Source of the DNA: an uncultured Ruminococcus sp.
GTDB lineage: Bacteria > Bacillota > Clostridia > Oscillospirales > Ruminococcaceae
Length of the DNA stretch: 64,000 nucleotides
Direction of reading: 5' to 3'
Assembly: GCA_902786975.1 (NCBI GenBank)
Contig: CADAES010000017.1
Location: forward strand, 7,998 to 71,997
Shown: in pieces, positions 27,828 to 37,332 of the stretch
Position numbering within the stretch: position 1 is the stretch's first letter
How the letters are laid out: each line of letters opens with the position of its first letter
Made by a program: the position numbers and the translations under genes
The notes under the pieces: generated by a model
Told to the model about the DNA's origin: nothing
Databases searched by the model: none
What the model saw: only the letters and a program-made list of their open reading frames with translations

Positions 27828-30375
27828 CTTCTTCCTCGCTTTCCGCCGTATCTTCGGCATTTTCGGGTACATCTGCCTCTGTGGTGCCATCTGTATCGCC
27901 TGTATCATCGGTGTCGTCCGGCTGTGCATCGTCGTCGCCGTTGTCAGCCTTTCCCTGTGCAAGCCTCTCACGTCTTTTGAAATAAACGACATAGCCCGTC
28001 CACACTACGAATCCCGAGCCCGTCAGCACAAGTCCGAGATTAAGATACTTTGTTTTGTAGGTAAAGTGTATGCTGTTTTCGCCCTCCTCACAGGGAACAG
28101 CCATAAAGCCGAAATCGACCTTAACGATGTCAACGTCCTGTCCGTTGACCTGTGCCGACCAACCGTCGTCGTAGGGAACGGAGAAGAACACCATTCTCTT
28201 GGCTTTCAGAGTTATCGAAGCATCAAAGCCGTTTGTTGAATACTCGAACTTGTCACAGCACTCCGCACGCCTGTCGTTGCAGTTGGTCATATACGCCGAA
28301 GCTGTCAGGTCAGACGGCAGGAAATAGTGATACTTGAAGTAGTCCTTGTATTTTACCGCCGTGTCGGTATCGACAACGAGCGCCTTGGTGAGAGCCTGCA
28401 TCTTGTTGACATCGCTCTTTGCGGCAAGGTCCTCCTTTTTGCAGTAGCTGTCAAAGGCATAGCCCATCGGGATAAAGTACTCGTTCTCGTAGATCCGGAA
28501 GCCGTTTTGCTTGCCGACATATTTGAAGCCGACAAGATTGCCCGCACTCTCGGGGCTTTCGCCCGATTTCAGCTCGTGCTGGTCAAAGTAATACTTGACC
28601 GACAAAAGCCCTCTCAGCGGGTAAAGGCTCGTTTCCATTCGTGAAGCAACGTCACGGGTCTGTCCGAGGGTCGTGTAGAAATCCATTATCGAGGTGCTGA
28701 CAACGCTGTGAAAGCATCTCATCGAGGAAAGTCCCCAGAACATACACCAGTTATCGACATCGGGCGAGGTATCTATGCGGTAGAATGTGTTGTCGGGATT
28801 CTGATACCCGCTGTTGGCGTCAAATACCGACATATTGATATTTTCCTTGCCCTTTACGCCTCGGTTGATATAGTCCATCGGGTCTGAGGTCTGCGTTGAG
28901 CCGTAGATAACGCCCGAGCACATGCAAAGTCCCGCCGCTATCGCAGTCATTATGCAAGCAACACGCTTGAAGCTCAGCTTCAGCTTTGAAAGTCCGTCAA
29001 CGATATGCCTGTTTGCGACAAAGTAAATAAGGAATGCCAGCATCGCAAGCATTATCAGCGTTACGAACGCCTGGATATAGTAGAACTCGGGGTATTTCGC
29101 TATCTTGCCGAATACGAGCTTGCCGTTCTCTTCCTTTGGCAGAAGCCCGACACCGAGGAACACAAGACACACCACGAGCACAGGCCAGAAGCCCTTGCGC
29201 AGGTCGTCCCTGCTCTCGTTTATTACCTTTGCGGTCATAACGCACATCAGCAGTATCGGCATATAATACCATCTTGCGTAGTAAGAGGCGTTGAACAGCA
29301 CGAAAGACGAGTTGAGTATCGGCACGCACGCCATTATCATAAACACGAACACAGCCCTTGTGAGCCAGTGTTTTTTTCGTGTCCTCATAAATGCGATAAC
29401 GCCCGCAACCGAGAACATCGGCAGATAGCCCGCCATAGAAGCCCATCTTGCCCTGTCGGTAGCGAAGATATTTATTCTTGCAGGCATATCGTTGAGCATG
29501 AAGAACGCCTGGAAGATACGAGGTATGCGCACGCTTTCGTCGTAAACGACCATATCCATTCCGTAGAGCCTCTCGACAAGCCTCGGGTTTGCGATTATAT
29601 CCATGCACGCAGGCAGGAACAGCACCGCCGCCATCGCAACGCCCAGCACCGCTTCAAATATGAGCCAGCCGAATTTCTTGAACGTAATGGGGAAGCCCTT
29701 TTTATCCGTACAGCGCAGGAAGAAATAGATCACCAGGAACACGCACTCGCCGATAAAGAAGAAGTAGCTGACCAGCGCACAGATAGCCGTCGCCAGCGCA
29801 AATCCGCCCTTTTTGTTGTCGCACACGAGACGTTCAAAGCCCAGCAGCAGAAGCGGGAAAAACGCCGTCGCATCGTGGAAATGGTTGAAAAACACGTTGT
29901 ACATCTGAAAGCCCGAGCAGCCGTAAAGCAGTCCGCCGATAAAGCAAGCCGACGGGTCGTCTGCGAAACGTCTGATGTAGGCATAGGCAAAAACCGATGC
30001 CAGCGCTGTTTTAAGAGCAAGCAGCCACGGTATCATATACGGAACGAACGACGACGGGAAAATAGTCGTTATCCAGAAAAACGGCGAGCCGAGCAGATAG
30101 AACGCATACGAACCGATAAAGCTCGAACCGAGGTCGGTCCCCCAGTCCCAGCCAAGATTCCCCGCCTGCACCGCATCGTGCGAATGCTGGTAGAACATTA
30201 TCTGCTGAGAGTTAAAATCGCCGTAATATGTGAATATACCGCCGTTTGCTATCATTCTCGGAAGGAAAGACAGCATCATTATCACAAACGAAACGACAAA
30301 TAACAGCAGGTACTTTTCCCCAGACTTTCTGAACGGATTTTTCAGAAAACCTTTTTTAGCCGCTGAAGCTTCCAT
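27808..30375 (-). CDS. YfhO family membrane glycosyltransferase
   Basis: 855 aa with more than 12 TM segments, a large extracytoplasmic C-domain and an acidic tail. Confidence 0.85.
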   Translation of the reverse strand: MEASAAKKGFLKNPFRKSGEKYLLLFVVSFVIMMLSFLPRMIANGGIFTYYGDFNSQQIMFYQHSHDAVQAGNLGWDWGTDLGSSFIGSYAFYLLGSPFFWITTIFPSSFVPYMIPWLLALKTALASVFAYAYIRRFADDPSACFIGGLLYGCSGFQMYNVFFNHFHDATAFFPLLLLGFERLVCDNKKGGFALATAICALVSYFFFIGECVFLVIYFFLRCTDKKGFPITFKKFGWLIFEAVLGVAMAAVLFLPACMDIIANPRLVERLYGMDMVVYDESVRIPRIFQAFFMLNDMPARINIFATDRARWASMAGYLPMFSVAGVIAFMRTRKKHWLTRAVFVFMIMACVPILNSSFVLFNASYYARWYYMPILLMCVMTAKVINESRDDLRKGFWPVLVVCLVFLGVGLLPKEENGKLVFGKIAKYPEFYYIQAFVTLIMLAMLAFLIYFVANRHIVDGLSKLKLSFKRVACIMTAIAAGLCMCSGVIYGSTQTSDPMDYINRGVKGKENINMSVFDANSGYQNPDNTFYRIDTSPDVDNWCMFWGLSSMRCFHSVVSTSIMDFYTTLGQTRDVASRMETSLYPLRGLLSVKYYFDQHELKSGESPESAGNLVGFKYVGKQNGFRIYENEYFIPMGYAFDSYCKKEDLAAKSDVNKMQALTKALVVDTDTAVKYKDYFKYHYFLPSDLTASAYMTNCNDRRAECCDKFEYSTNGFDASITLKAKRMVFFSVPYDDGWSAQVNGQDVDIVKVDFGFMAVPCEEGENSIHFTYKTKYLNLGLVLTGSGFVVWTGYVVYFKRRERLAQGKADNGDDDAQPDDTDDTGDTDGTTEADVPENAEDTAESEEEDVLKGN

Positions 30376-30478
30376 TTACATTCCCCTTTACAAAAGATAC
30401 TCATACTCTGTTATTATAACACACTCGTTCGGATTTTTCAACAGTATTTAAACTTTTGCCGAACAAAATGCGCTCCGC

Positions 30479-30507
30479 TTTACAAATCACATTTATTATG
30501 GTATAAT
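30479..30507 (+). promoter_or_regulatory. sigma-A type promoter for mnmE
   Basis: TTTACA, 17-nt spacer, TGgTATAAT. Confidence 0.55.
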
Positions 30508-30539
30508 ATATTGATTAACATCTGAAAGGAAAGGATACT

Positions 30540-31907
30540 ATGTCTACGGTCTGTGCTATATCCACTCCGCTTTCGCAAGGCGGTATATCCGTTATACGCA
30601 TTAGTGGGGAGCAGGCGATAAATATCGCAGCTGCGGTATTTGCTCCGCTGAGCTGCCCGAGCGTCGAACAAATGGCGGGCTACAGCTGTGCATACGGAAA
30701 GATAAAGGACGCTTCGGGGAAGACCGTCGACGACGGCGTACTGACGGTGTTCCGTGCCCCGAAGTCGTACACCGGCGAGGACGTCTGCGAGATATCCTGC
30801 CACGGCGGGATATACGTTACCAAAAAAGTCCTCCGGCTGTGCCTTGAAAGCGGCGCAAAGCTCGCTGACAGGGGAGAGTTCACAAAGCGGGCGTTCCTCA
30901 ACGGCAAACTTTCTCTGACGCAGGCCGAGGCTGTTATGGACACCATTTCCGCACAGGGCGAATACGCTCTTAACTCGGCGAACCTTGCCAGAGAGGGCAG
31001 GCTTTTCAAGAGCATCAAGGCTGTCTCGGATATGCTCGTCGGGCTGCTGGGAGAGCTTGCGGCGTGGGTGGATTACCCCGAGGAGGACATCCCCGAGGTC
31101 GAGCAAAGTGCGCTCGGAAAAAGCCTTGAAAGCGCCGTTTCCACGCTTGACAGAATAATCAGAGACTATGACAGGGGGCTTGTTTTCAAAAGCGGCATCG
31201 ACACCTGCATCGCAGGAAAGCCGAACGTCGGCAAGTCCGCACTTATGAATATGCTGCTTGGATTTGAGCGCTCGATAGTCACCGACATCGCAGGCACGAC
31301 CCGGGACGTTATACAGGAAAGCGTACAGCTGGGCAGCGTCACGCTGAAGCTGTCGGACACGGCAGGGATACACGAAACGGGCGACACCGTCGAGCAGCTG
31401 GGCGTCGAGCTTGCAAAAAAGCGGCTGGACAGCGCTATGCTGATACTTGCGGTGTTCGACTCGTCGCAGAAGCTTGACGAAGCTGACAAGGCTCTGCTGG
31501 AGTACATCTCAAAGCTCGGCAAAAAGGTGCTGGTGATACTCAACAAGACCGACCTTGAAACGGCTGTCGACCGCACGGAGCTTGAAAGCTTCGGCAGGGT
31601 AGTCGAGATATCCGCAAAGAACGGCGAGGGGCTTGACCGCATTCAGGCGGCAGTCGAGGAGCTTTTCGGCGTGTGCGACTACGACGCCGACAGCGATGTT
31701 TTCGCAAACGAGCGACAGAAAGAGTGCGCCCTTACCGCAAGGACACACCTCAAAGCTGCGCTGGAAAGCCTGCAGGGCGGACAAACGCTCGACGCAGTTA
31801 CGGTTATGATAGACTATGCCGCACAGTCGCTTATGGAGCTGACAGGCGAAAAAGCCACCGAAGCCGTGGTAAACAACGTGTTTGCTAAGTTTTGTGTGGG
31901 TAAATAG
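30540..31907 (+). CDS. mnmE: tRNA modification GTPase MnmE
   Basis: G-domain GKPNVGKS...DTAG...NKTD and the C-terminal FCVGK motif. Confidence 0.96.
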   Translation: MSTVCAISTPLSQGGISVIRISGEQAINIAAAVFAPLSCPSVEQMAGYSCAYGKIKDASGKTVDDGVLTVFRAPKSYTGEDVCEISCHGGIYVTKKVLRLCLESGAKLADRGEFTKRAFLNGKLSLTQAEAVMDTISAQGEYALNSANLAREGRLFKSIKAVSDMLVGLLGELAAWVDYPEEDIPEVEQSALGKSLESAVSTLDRIIRDYDRGLVFKSGIDTCIAGKPNVGKSALMNMLLGFERSIVTDIAGTTRDVIQESVQLGSVTLKLSDTAGIHETGDTVEQLGVELAKKRLDSAMLILAVFDSSQKLDEADKALLEYISKLGKKVLVILNKTDLETAVDRTELESFGRVVEISAKNGEGLDRIQAAVEELFGVCDYDADSDVFANERQKECALTARTHLKAALESLQGGQTLDAVTVMIDYAAQSLMELTGEKATEAVVNNVFAKFCVGK

Positions 31908-31950
31908 TTGGGGACAAACAGATTAAGGCTTACCGGAAGGACCCGAAAGT

Positions 31951-32002
31951 CTTGCCTCTTGCTTCTGATTGTCTTGCTTCTAAAAGGGGAGGGCTGCCCC
32001 TT
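31951..32002 (+). repeat. 52-nt direct repeat, copy 1
   Basis: cttgcctcttgcttctgattgtcttgcttctaaaaggggagggctgcccctt, identical to 32171-32222. Confidence 0.85.
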
Positions 32003-32170
32003 GGTACGTGTAGAACTCTTTACCCTCAAGCCATTATGGCTTGACGTACAAACATTAAACCTATTGTTTCTTTTTTGAGGGCGACCGGAAAGCCCCCGAA
32101 TAGAGGTAAGAGATAAGATGTAAGAGGTAAGAAACGATTAAGGCAAGTATGTCATATGATAATACTTTTT

Positions 32171-32222
32171 CTTGCCTCTTGCTTCTGATTGTCTTGCTTC
32201 TAAAAGGGGAGGGCTGCCCCTT
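32171..32222 (+). repeat. 52-nt direct repeat, copy 2
   Basis: Exact copy 220 nt downstream of copy 1. Related cttgcctcttgcttct motifs occur at 3647, 10846 (inverted), 34277 and 35058 (inverted). Confidence 0.85.
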
Positions 32223-32289
32223 ATGAAAAGACCGAACAAGCTTGCCTCAAACCCTTAGGGTTTGACAGATAAATCGGAGGAACAAAACA

Positions 32290-34194
32290 ATGTCCAACAC
32301 TCAGACGACCGAACATTTCAATATTATAGTCGTGGGCGCAGGTCACGCAGGCTGCGAGGCGGCGCTTGCTTCGGCACGCCTTGGCTTAAAGACCGCACTT
32401 TTCACCATAACTCTCGACTGTGTGGCAAATATGCCATGCAACCCGTCGATAGGCGGCACCGCTAAGGGTCATCTCGTGCGTGAGATAGACGCTCTCGGCG
32501 GTGAAATGGGCAGGGCGGCTGACAAGACGCTTATCCAGAGCCGTATGCTCAACCGTGGAAAGGGTCCCGCCGTACACTCGCTGCGTGCGCAGATAGACCG
32601 TATGGCTTACCACAACCTTATGAAAAACACCGTCGAAAAGCAGGAAAACCTGTTTTTGAAGCAGGCGGAGATAACCGATATCATTATCGAAAACGGCACT
32701 GTCAAGGGCGTTAAGACGATGCTCGGGACACAGTACAGCTGTGATGCGGCGATAATCGCAACGGGAACGTATCTCGGCGGAGTTATCCACGTCGGGGCAG
32801 TTTCTTATCCAAGCGGACCCGACTCGGTGACACCTGCGACAAAGCTCACGCAGAGCCTTATCGATGCGGGAGTTGAGATACGCCGTTTCAAGACGGGCAC
32901 ACCCGCAAGAGTACACAAGCGCTCGATAGATTTCGACAAACTCGAGGAGCAGTCGGGCGACGAGGACATCGTACCGTTTTCGTTCTCCACAAAGGGTGAG
33001 CTAAGGAACATCGCCAAGTGCTATGTGGCTTACACCAACGAGGAGACACACAGGATAATCAAAGACAACATTCATCTTTCGCCGATATATTCGGGGCGCA
33101 TACACGCTATCGGACCGAGGTACTGCCCGTCGATAGAGGATAAGATAATGCGCTTTTCCGACAAGCCGAGACACCAGCTTTTCATCGAGCCTATGGGGCT
33201 TGACACAGAGGAATACTATTTGCAGGGAATGAGCTCGTCGCTGCCCGAATTTGTGCAGCTTCAATTCCTGCACTCGATAAAGGGGCTGGAGCACGTCGAG
33301 ATAATGCGCAACGCCTACGCCATCGAGTACGACTGCGCCGATCCGACACAGCTGCTCGCAACGCTGGAGTTCAAAAAGATAAAAGGTCTTTACGGAGCAG
33401 GGCAGTTCAACGGCACATCGGGCTACGAGGAAGCCGCCGCACAGGGATTTGTCGCAGGCGTGAATGCGGCTCTGAAGCTCAAAGGCGAACCGCCGCTGGT
33501 GCTTGACAGGGCGTCAAGCTACATCGGAACGCTGATAGACGACCTTGTTACAAAGGGCTGCTCCGACCCGTACAGAATGCTCACCTCACGAAGCGAGTAC
33601 AGGCTCCTCCTGCGCCAGGACAACGCAGACATACGCCTGCTGCCCGAGGGTCACCGCATCGGGCTTGTCAGCGACGAAGCTTATGAGCATCTTCTGAAAA
33701 AGAATGAGCTGATCGCCGCCGAGATAGACAGGGTCAACCACGTAAATATCGCACCGGGCGAAAAGCTCAATGAGCTGCTTGAAAGCCTCGGCACAGACCC
33801 GCTGAACAACGGGATAAAGCTGTCACAGCTGATAAAGCGCCCCTGCCTGTCCTATGACCTGCTTGCGCCGTTTGACAAGAACAGACCGCAGCTTGACAGG
33901 GAAGTCACCGAGCAGGTGGAATTGCAGATAAAGTACGACGGCTATATAAAAATACAGCTGGAACAGGTCGAAGCGATGCGCAGGCTCGAAAGCAAGTCTC
34001 TGCCCGCAGACCTTGACTACAACACCGTTGGCAGCCTGCGGCTCGAAGCAGTGGAAAAGCTCAACAAGATAAAGCCTCTGTCCGTCGGACAGGCAAGCCG
34101 AATAAGCGGCGTAAACCCCGCAGATGTAGGAGTGCTGCTGGTGTGGTTAGAGCAGAATCGCCGTCTTGACGGCTCAGTGAACAGTGAACAGTGA
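32290..34194 (+). CDS. mnmG: tRNA uridine 5-carboxymethylaminomethyl modification enzyme MnmG
   Basis: FAD motif VVGAGHAGCEAA; 634 aa GidA family. Confidence 0.97.
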   Translation: MSNTQTTEHFNIIVVGAGHAGCEAALASARLGLKTALFTITLDCVANMPCNPSIGGTAKGHLVREIDALGGEMGRAADKTLIQSRMLNRGKGPAVHSLRAQIDRMAYHNLMKNTVEKQENLFLKQAEITDIIIENGTVKGVKTMLGTQYSCDAAIIATGTYLGGVIHVGAVSYPSGPDSVTPATKLTQSLIDAGVEIRRFKTGTPARVHKRSIDFDKLEEQSGDEDIVPFSFSTKGELRNIAKCYVAYTNEETHRIIKDNIHLSPIYSGRIHAIGPRYCPSIEDKIMRFSDKPRHQLFIEPMGLDTEEYYLQGMSSSLPEFVQLQFLHSIKGLEHVEIMRNAYAIEYDCADPTQLLATLEFKKIKGLYGAGQFNGTSGYEEAAAQGFVAGVNAALKLKGEPPLVLDRASSYIGTLIDDLVTKGCSDPYRMLTSRSEYRLLLRQDNADIRLLPEGHRIGLVSDEAYEHLLKKNELIAAEIDRVNHVNIAPGEKLNELLESLGTDPLNNGIKLSQLIKRPCLSYDLLAPFDKNRPQLDREVTEQVELQIKYDGYIKIQLEQVEAMRRLESKSLPADLDYNTVGSLRLEAVEKLNKIKPLSVGQASRISGVNPADVGVLLVWLEQNRRLDGSVNSEQ

Positions 34195-34337
34195 ATAATG
34201 AAGAGTGAATAGAAAAGGTATCGCCTTCGGCGATCAGAAACCCGGGCGGCAAGTTTGTACTAAAATGACCATTTTCTTGCCTCTTGCTTCTTAAAAGCGA
34301 AGCATTCTTGCATCTATATAAGGAAAGGAAGCTTTAA

Positions 34338-35051
34338 ATGATAATTGAAACAGGCAGGTTTATAAAAATGTTTGCCGATGCGGGCATAGAGCTGACCGAC
34401 GAACAGGTCTACCGCCTCGGTATGTACAGCGAAATGCTCGTTGCTTGGAACGAGAAAATAAACCTCACCGCTATCACCGACCCCGAGGGCATCAGCATAA
34501 AGCACTTTTTCGACAGCATCTACCCGTTCTCGCTGGTCGAAATACCCAAAGGCAGTACGCTCATCGACATCGGCACAGGTGCGGGCTTCCCGTCCTGCCC
34601 AGTGAAGATATGGCGTGAGGATATCAAGATAACTTTGCTTGACAGCCTGCAAAAAAGAATTACTTTTCTCGCCCAGCTGTCGGATACCCTCAGCCTCGGT
34701 GCGACCTGTATACACTCACGGGCAGAGGACCTCGGCAGAAGCCCCGAGTTCCGTGAGAACTTTGACTTTGCATCTGCAAGAGCCGTCGCAAACCTGTCCG
34801 ATCTGTGCGAATACTGCCTGCCGTTTGTAAAAGTCGGCGGAAAGTTCCTCGCTCTCAAAGGCTCGGACGCAGGCGAGGAAATAAAGCAGGCAAAGGACGC
34901 CGTAAAGCTTCTGGGCGGAAAGATATCACATACCGCCGAGTATAGCCTGCCAAACGGCGACGGCAGAACGCTGGTCGTTATCGACAAGGTCAGCCCCACA
35001 CCCGACAAATATCCGAGAAATCAAGCACAGATAAAGAAAAAGAGCCTTTGA
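34338..35051 (+). CDS. rsmG: 16S rRNA (guanine527-N7)-methyltransferase
   Basis: GidB family motif DIGTGAGFP; directly follows mnmG. Confidence 0.93.
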   Translation: MIIETGRFIKMFADAGIELTDEQVYRLGMYSEMLVAWNEKINLTAITDPEGISIKHFFDSIYPFSLVEIPKGSTLIDIGTGAGFPSCPVKIWREDIKITLLDSLQKRITFLAQLSDTLSLGATCIHSRAEDLGRSPEFRENFDFASARAVANLSDLCEYCLPFVKVGGKFLALKGSDAGEEIKQAKDAVKLLGGKISHTAEYSLPNGDGRTLVVIDKVSPTPDKYPRNQAQIKKKSL

Positions 35052-35152
35052 CCACGCAGAGGCAAGAAGCAAGAGGCAGGAGGCAAGAGGTTCTGTTTTC
35101 AGCAGGCGTTCTTTTCTGTTGGATCACAGTACATTTTCTTACAAAGAAGCCT

Positions 35153-35181
35153 TTGACAAAAGCTTTATGATGTGCTATACT
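35153..35181 (+). promoter_or_regulatory. sigma-A type promoter; would give tatD a leader of about 330 nt
   Basis: TTGACA, 17-nt spacer, TGcTATACT. Confidence 0.6.
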
Positions 35182-35240
35182 AACTATGTTTACGTGTTTG
35201 GTATATCCTGTGCACTTTATGTTATCCTCTCTGTCTTATT

Positions 35241-35491
35241 GAGGATATTCTCTTAAAGAAAAGTTATTTCTCAAACTCTCCTCCTGAACTTTTACTACTT
35301 TTTCGACATTGGGGTCTGCGACCCCAGTGTCGAAAAAGAAATAAGAGGTTTAGGAAATGGGGTTAACTGTCCTGCGGACAGTTGCGAGGATACCCAAAGG
35401 GTATCCTCGGGGGGGAACAGCGTAACCGTTACCACGGTTACGCTCGAAAAAATGCAAAGCATTTTTTGCTTCTTCTAAAAGGGTTTCCCCC
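35241..35491 (+). repeat. structured dispersed repeat (family A, copy 2) with an inserted run of perfect hairpins
   Basis: 35241-35363 is nearly identical to 8076-8199. 35364-35470 adds 4 perfect palindromic hairpins. Ends with aaaagggtttccccc, as copy 1 does. Confidence 0.65.
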
Positions 35492-35515
35492 AACAAAACA
35501 GAAAGGACAATACAA

Positions 35516-36301
35516 ATGAACAATATATTTGATACACACTGTCATTATGACGACCGATGGTTTGACGGGGACAGGGAGGCGGTACTTGAACGGGTGCTGG
35601 GCGAAGGCTCGGCGGTGAGCTTTGTCAACCACGCCGCAACCGATGAGGCTTCGGCGCTGTTCGGTATAGAAAACGCAAAACGGTTCAGGAACTTTTACAC
35701 CTCGGTCGGCTTTCATCCCGAATTTGCAAGCGTCCTGCCCGACGATTGGGAGCAAAAGCTCTGTGAGCTTTACGAGCTTGCCAAAGCAACGGGAAAGCTC
35801 ACTGCGATAGGTGAGATAGGGCTTGACTACCACTACGAGGGCTACGACAGGGACAAAGAAATATATGTCTTTGAAAAACAGCTCGACTTTGCCTCGAAAA
35901 AAGACCTGCCCGTCATCGTACATTCCCGGAACGCCTCGCAGGACACTATGGAGCTTTTGAAAAAGCACGGCTCAAGAGGCGTTATACATTGTTTCTCCGG
36001 CTCTGCCGAAATGGCAAAACAAGCCGTGGCAATGGGATTTTACATCGGTTTTACCGGAGTGCTCGCTTTCGGAAATTCAAAAAAAGCGCTCAAGGCTCTG
36101 AACGAAGTCCCTATGGATAAACTCGTTCTTGAAACAGACTGCCCGTATATGGCTCCGCCTCCGTACAGAGGACAGCGGTGCGAAAGCCCGATGATAGCGG
36201 AGGTCATAAAGGTCGTAGCTGTGCAAAAAGGGCTCAGCGAACAGCAGGTCGCAGATATGACCTGTGAAAATGCAAAAAGACTGTACGGTATAAACGCTTG
36301 A
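35516..36301 (+). CDS. TatD family hydrolase
   Basis: N-terminal FDTHCH metal motif, 261 aa. Confidence 0.9.
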   Translation: MNNIFDTHCHYDDRWFDGDREAVLERVLGEGSAVSFVNHAATDEASALFGIENAKRFRNFYTSVGFHPEFASVLPDDWEQKLCELYELAKATGKLTAIGEIGLDYHYEGYDRDKEIYVFEKQLDFASKKDLPVIVHSRNASQDTMELLKKHGSRGVIHCFSGSAEMAKQAVAMGFYIGFTGVLAFGNSKKALKALNEVPMDKLVLETDCPYMAPPPYRGQRCESPMIAEVIKVVAVQKGLSEQQVADMTCENAKRLYGINA

Positions 36302-36378
36302 CCGTCACGGTCTTAAATAAGGGGCGCCGCCCCGTAATTTCTCAGACTGAATACAGATAAAAAAAGGGACAGATAACA

Positions 36379-37329
36379 ATGCTTGAAAAACTCTATATTG
36401 TAATACCCTGCTACAACGAGGAGGAAATGCTCCCGATAACCGCAAAGGCTCTGCTTGAAAAAATGCAGACGCTTATCGACGAGCAGAAGATACACCCCGA
36501 CAGCAAGGTCATGTTCGTAGACGACGGCTCAAAGGACAAAACGTGGGAGATAATCACGAAGCTCCACTCGATACCCTATTTCACGGGCGTAAAGCTCTCA
36601 CGCAACAAGGGACACCAGAACGCCCTGCTCGCAGGTATGTATACTGCGGTGGAGTATGCGGATATCATAGTTTCGATGGACGCAGACCTTCAGGACGATA
36701 TCAACGCTATCGACGGATTTCTCGAAAAAAGAGCCGAGGGCTGCGAGATAGTCTACGGCGTAAGAAGCTCACGCAAAAAGGATACCAAGTTCAAAAGAGG
36801 CACAGCCCAGGGCTACTACAAGCTTCTTTCAAAAATGGGCGTGGAGATAACCTACAACCACGCAGATTACCGCCTGATGAGCAAGCGTGCGGTCGAAGCG
36901 CTGCAGCAGTTCAAAGAGGTCAACCTGTTTTTGCGTGGACTTGTGCCAATGGTCGGCTTCAAGACCGCTATCGTAGAGTACGAACGAAACGAGCGCCAGG
37001 CAGGCGAATCAAAATACCCGCTTAAAAAGATGATAGGCTTCGCCATAGAGGGTATAACCTCGCTGTCGGTCAAGCCGATAAGATTTATCACGTTCCTCGG
37101 CTTTTTCATCTTTTTCATCTCGATAATCATGCTGATAAAAGTGCTTGTGACATGGGCGATAGGCAACGCAGTTGCGGGCTGGTCTACCATAGTTATCTCG
37201 ATATGGGCTATCGGCGGACTTCAGCTTCTGTCTATCGGTATCATCGGAGAGTATATCGGCAAGATATATCTTGAGACCAAGGCACGACCTAAATTCATAA
37301 TCGAAAAAAATCTTGAACAAGGAGAGTAA
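36379..37329 (+). CDS. GT2 glycosyltransferase, GtrB/CsbB-like (polyprenyl-phosphate sugar synthase type)
   Basis: IVIPCYNEE and DAD motifs plus two C-terminal TM helices. Confidence 0.88.
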   Translation: MLEKLYIVIPCYNEEEMLPITAKALLEKMQTLIDEQKIHPDSKVMFVDDGSKDKTWEIITKLHSIPYFTGVKLSRNKGHQNALLAGMYTAVEYADIIVSMDADLQDDINAIDGFLEKRAEGCEIVYGVRSSRKKDTKFKRGTAQGYYKLLSKMGVEITYNHADYRLMSKRAVEALQQFKEVNLFLRGLVPMVGFKTAIVEYERNERQAGESKYPLKKMIGFAIEGITSLSVKPIRFITFLGFFIFFISIIMLIKVLVTWAIGNAVAGWSTIVISIWAIGGLQLLSIGIIGEYIGKIYLETKARPKFIIEKNLEQGE

Positions 37330-37332
37330 ACC

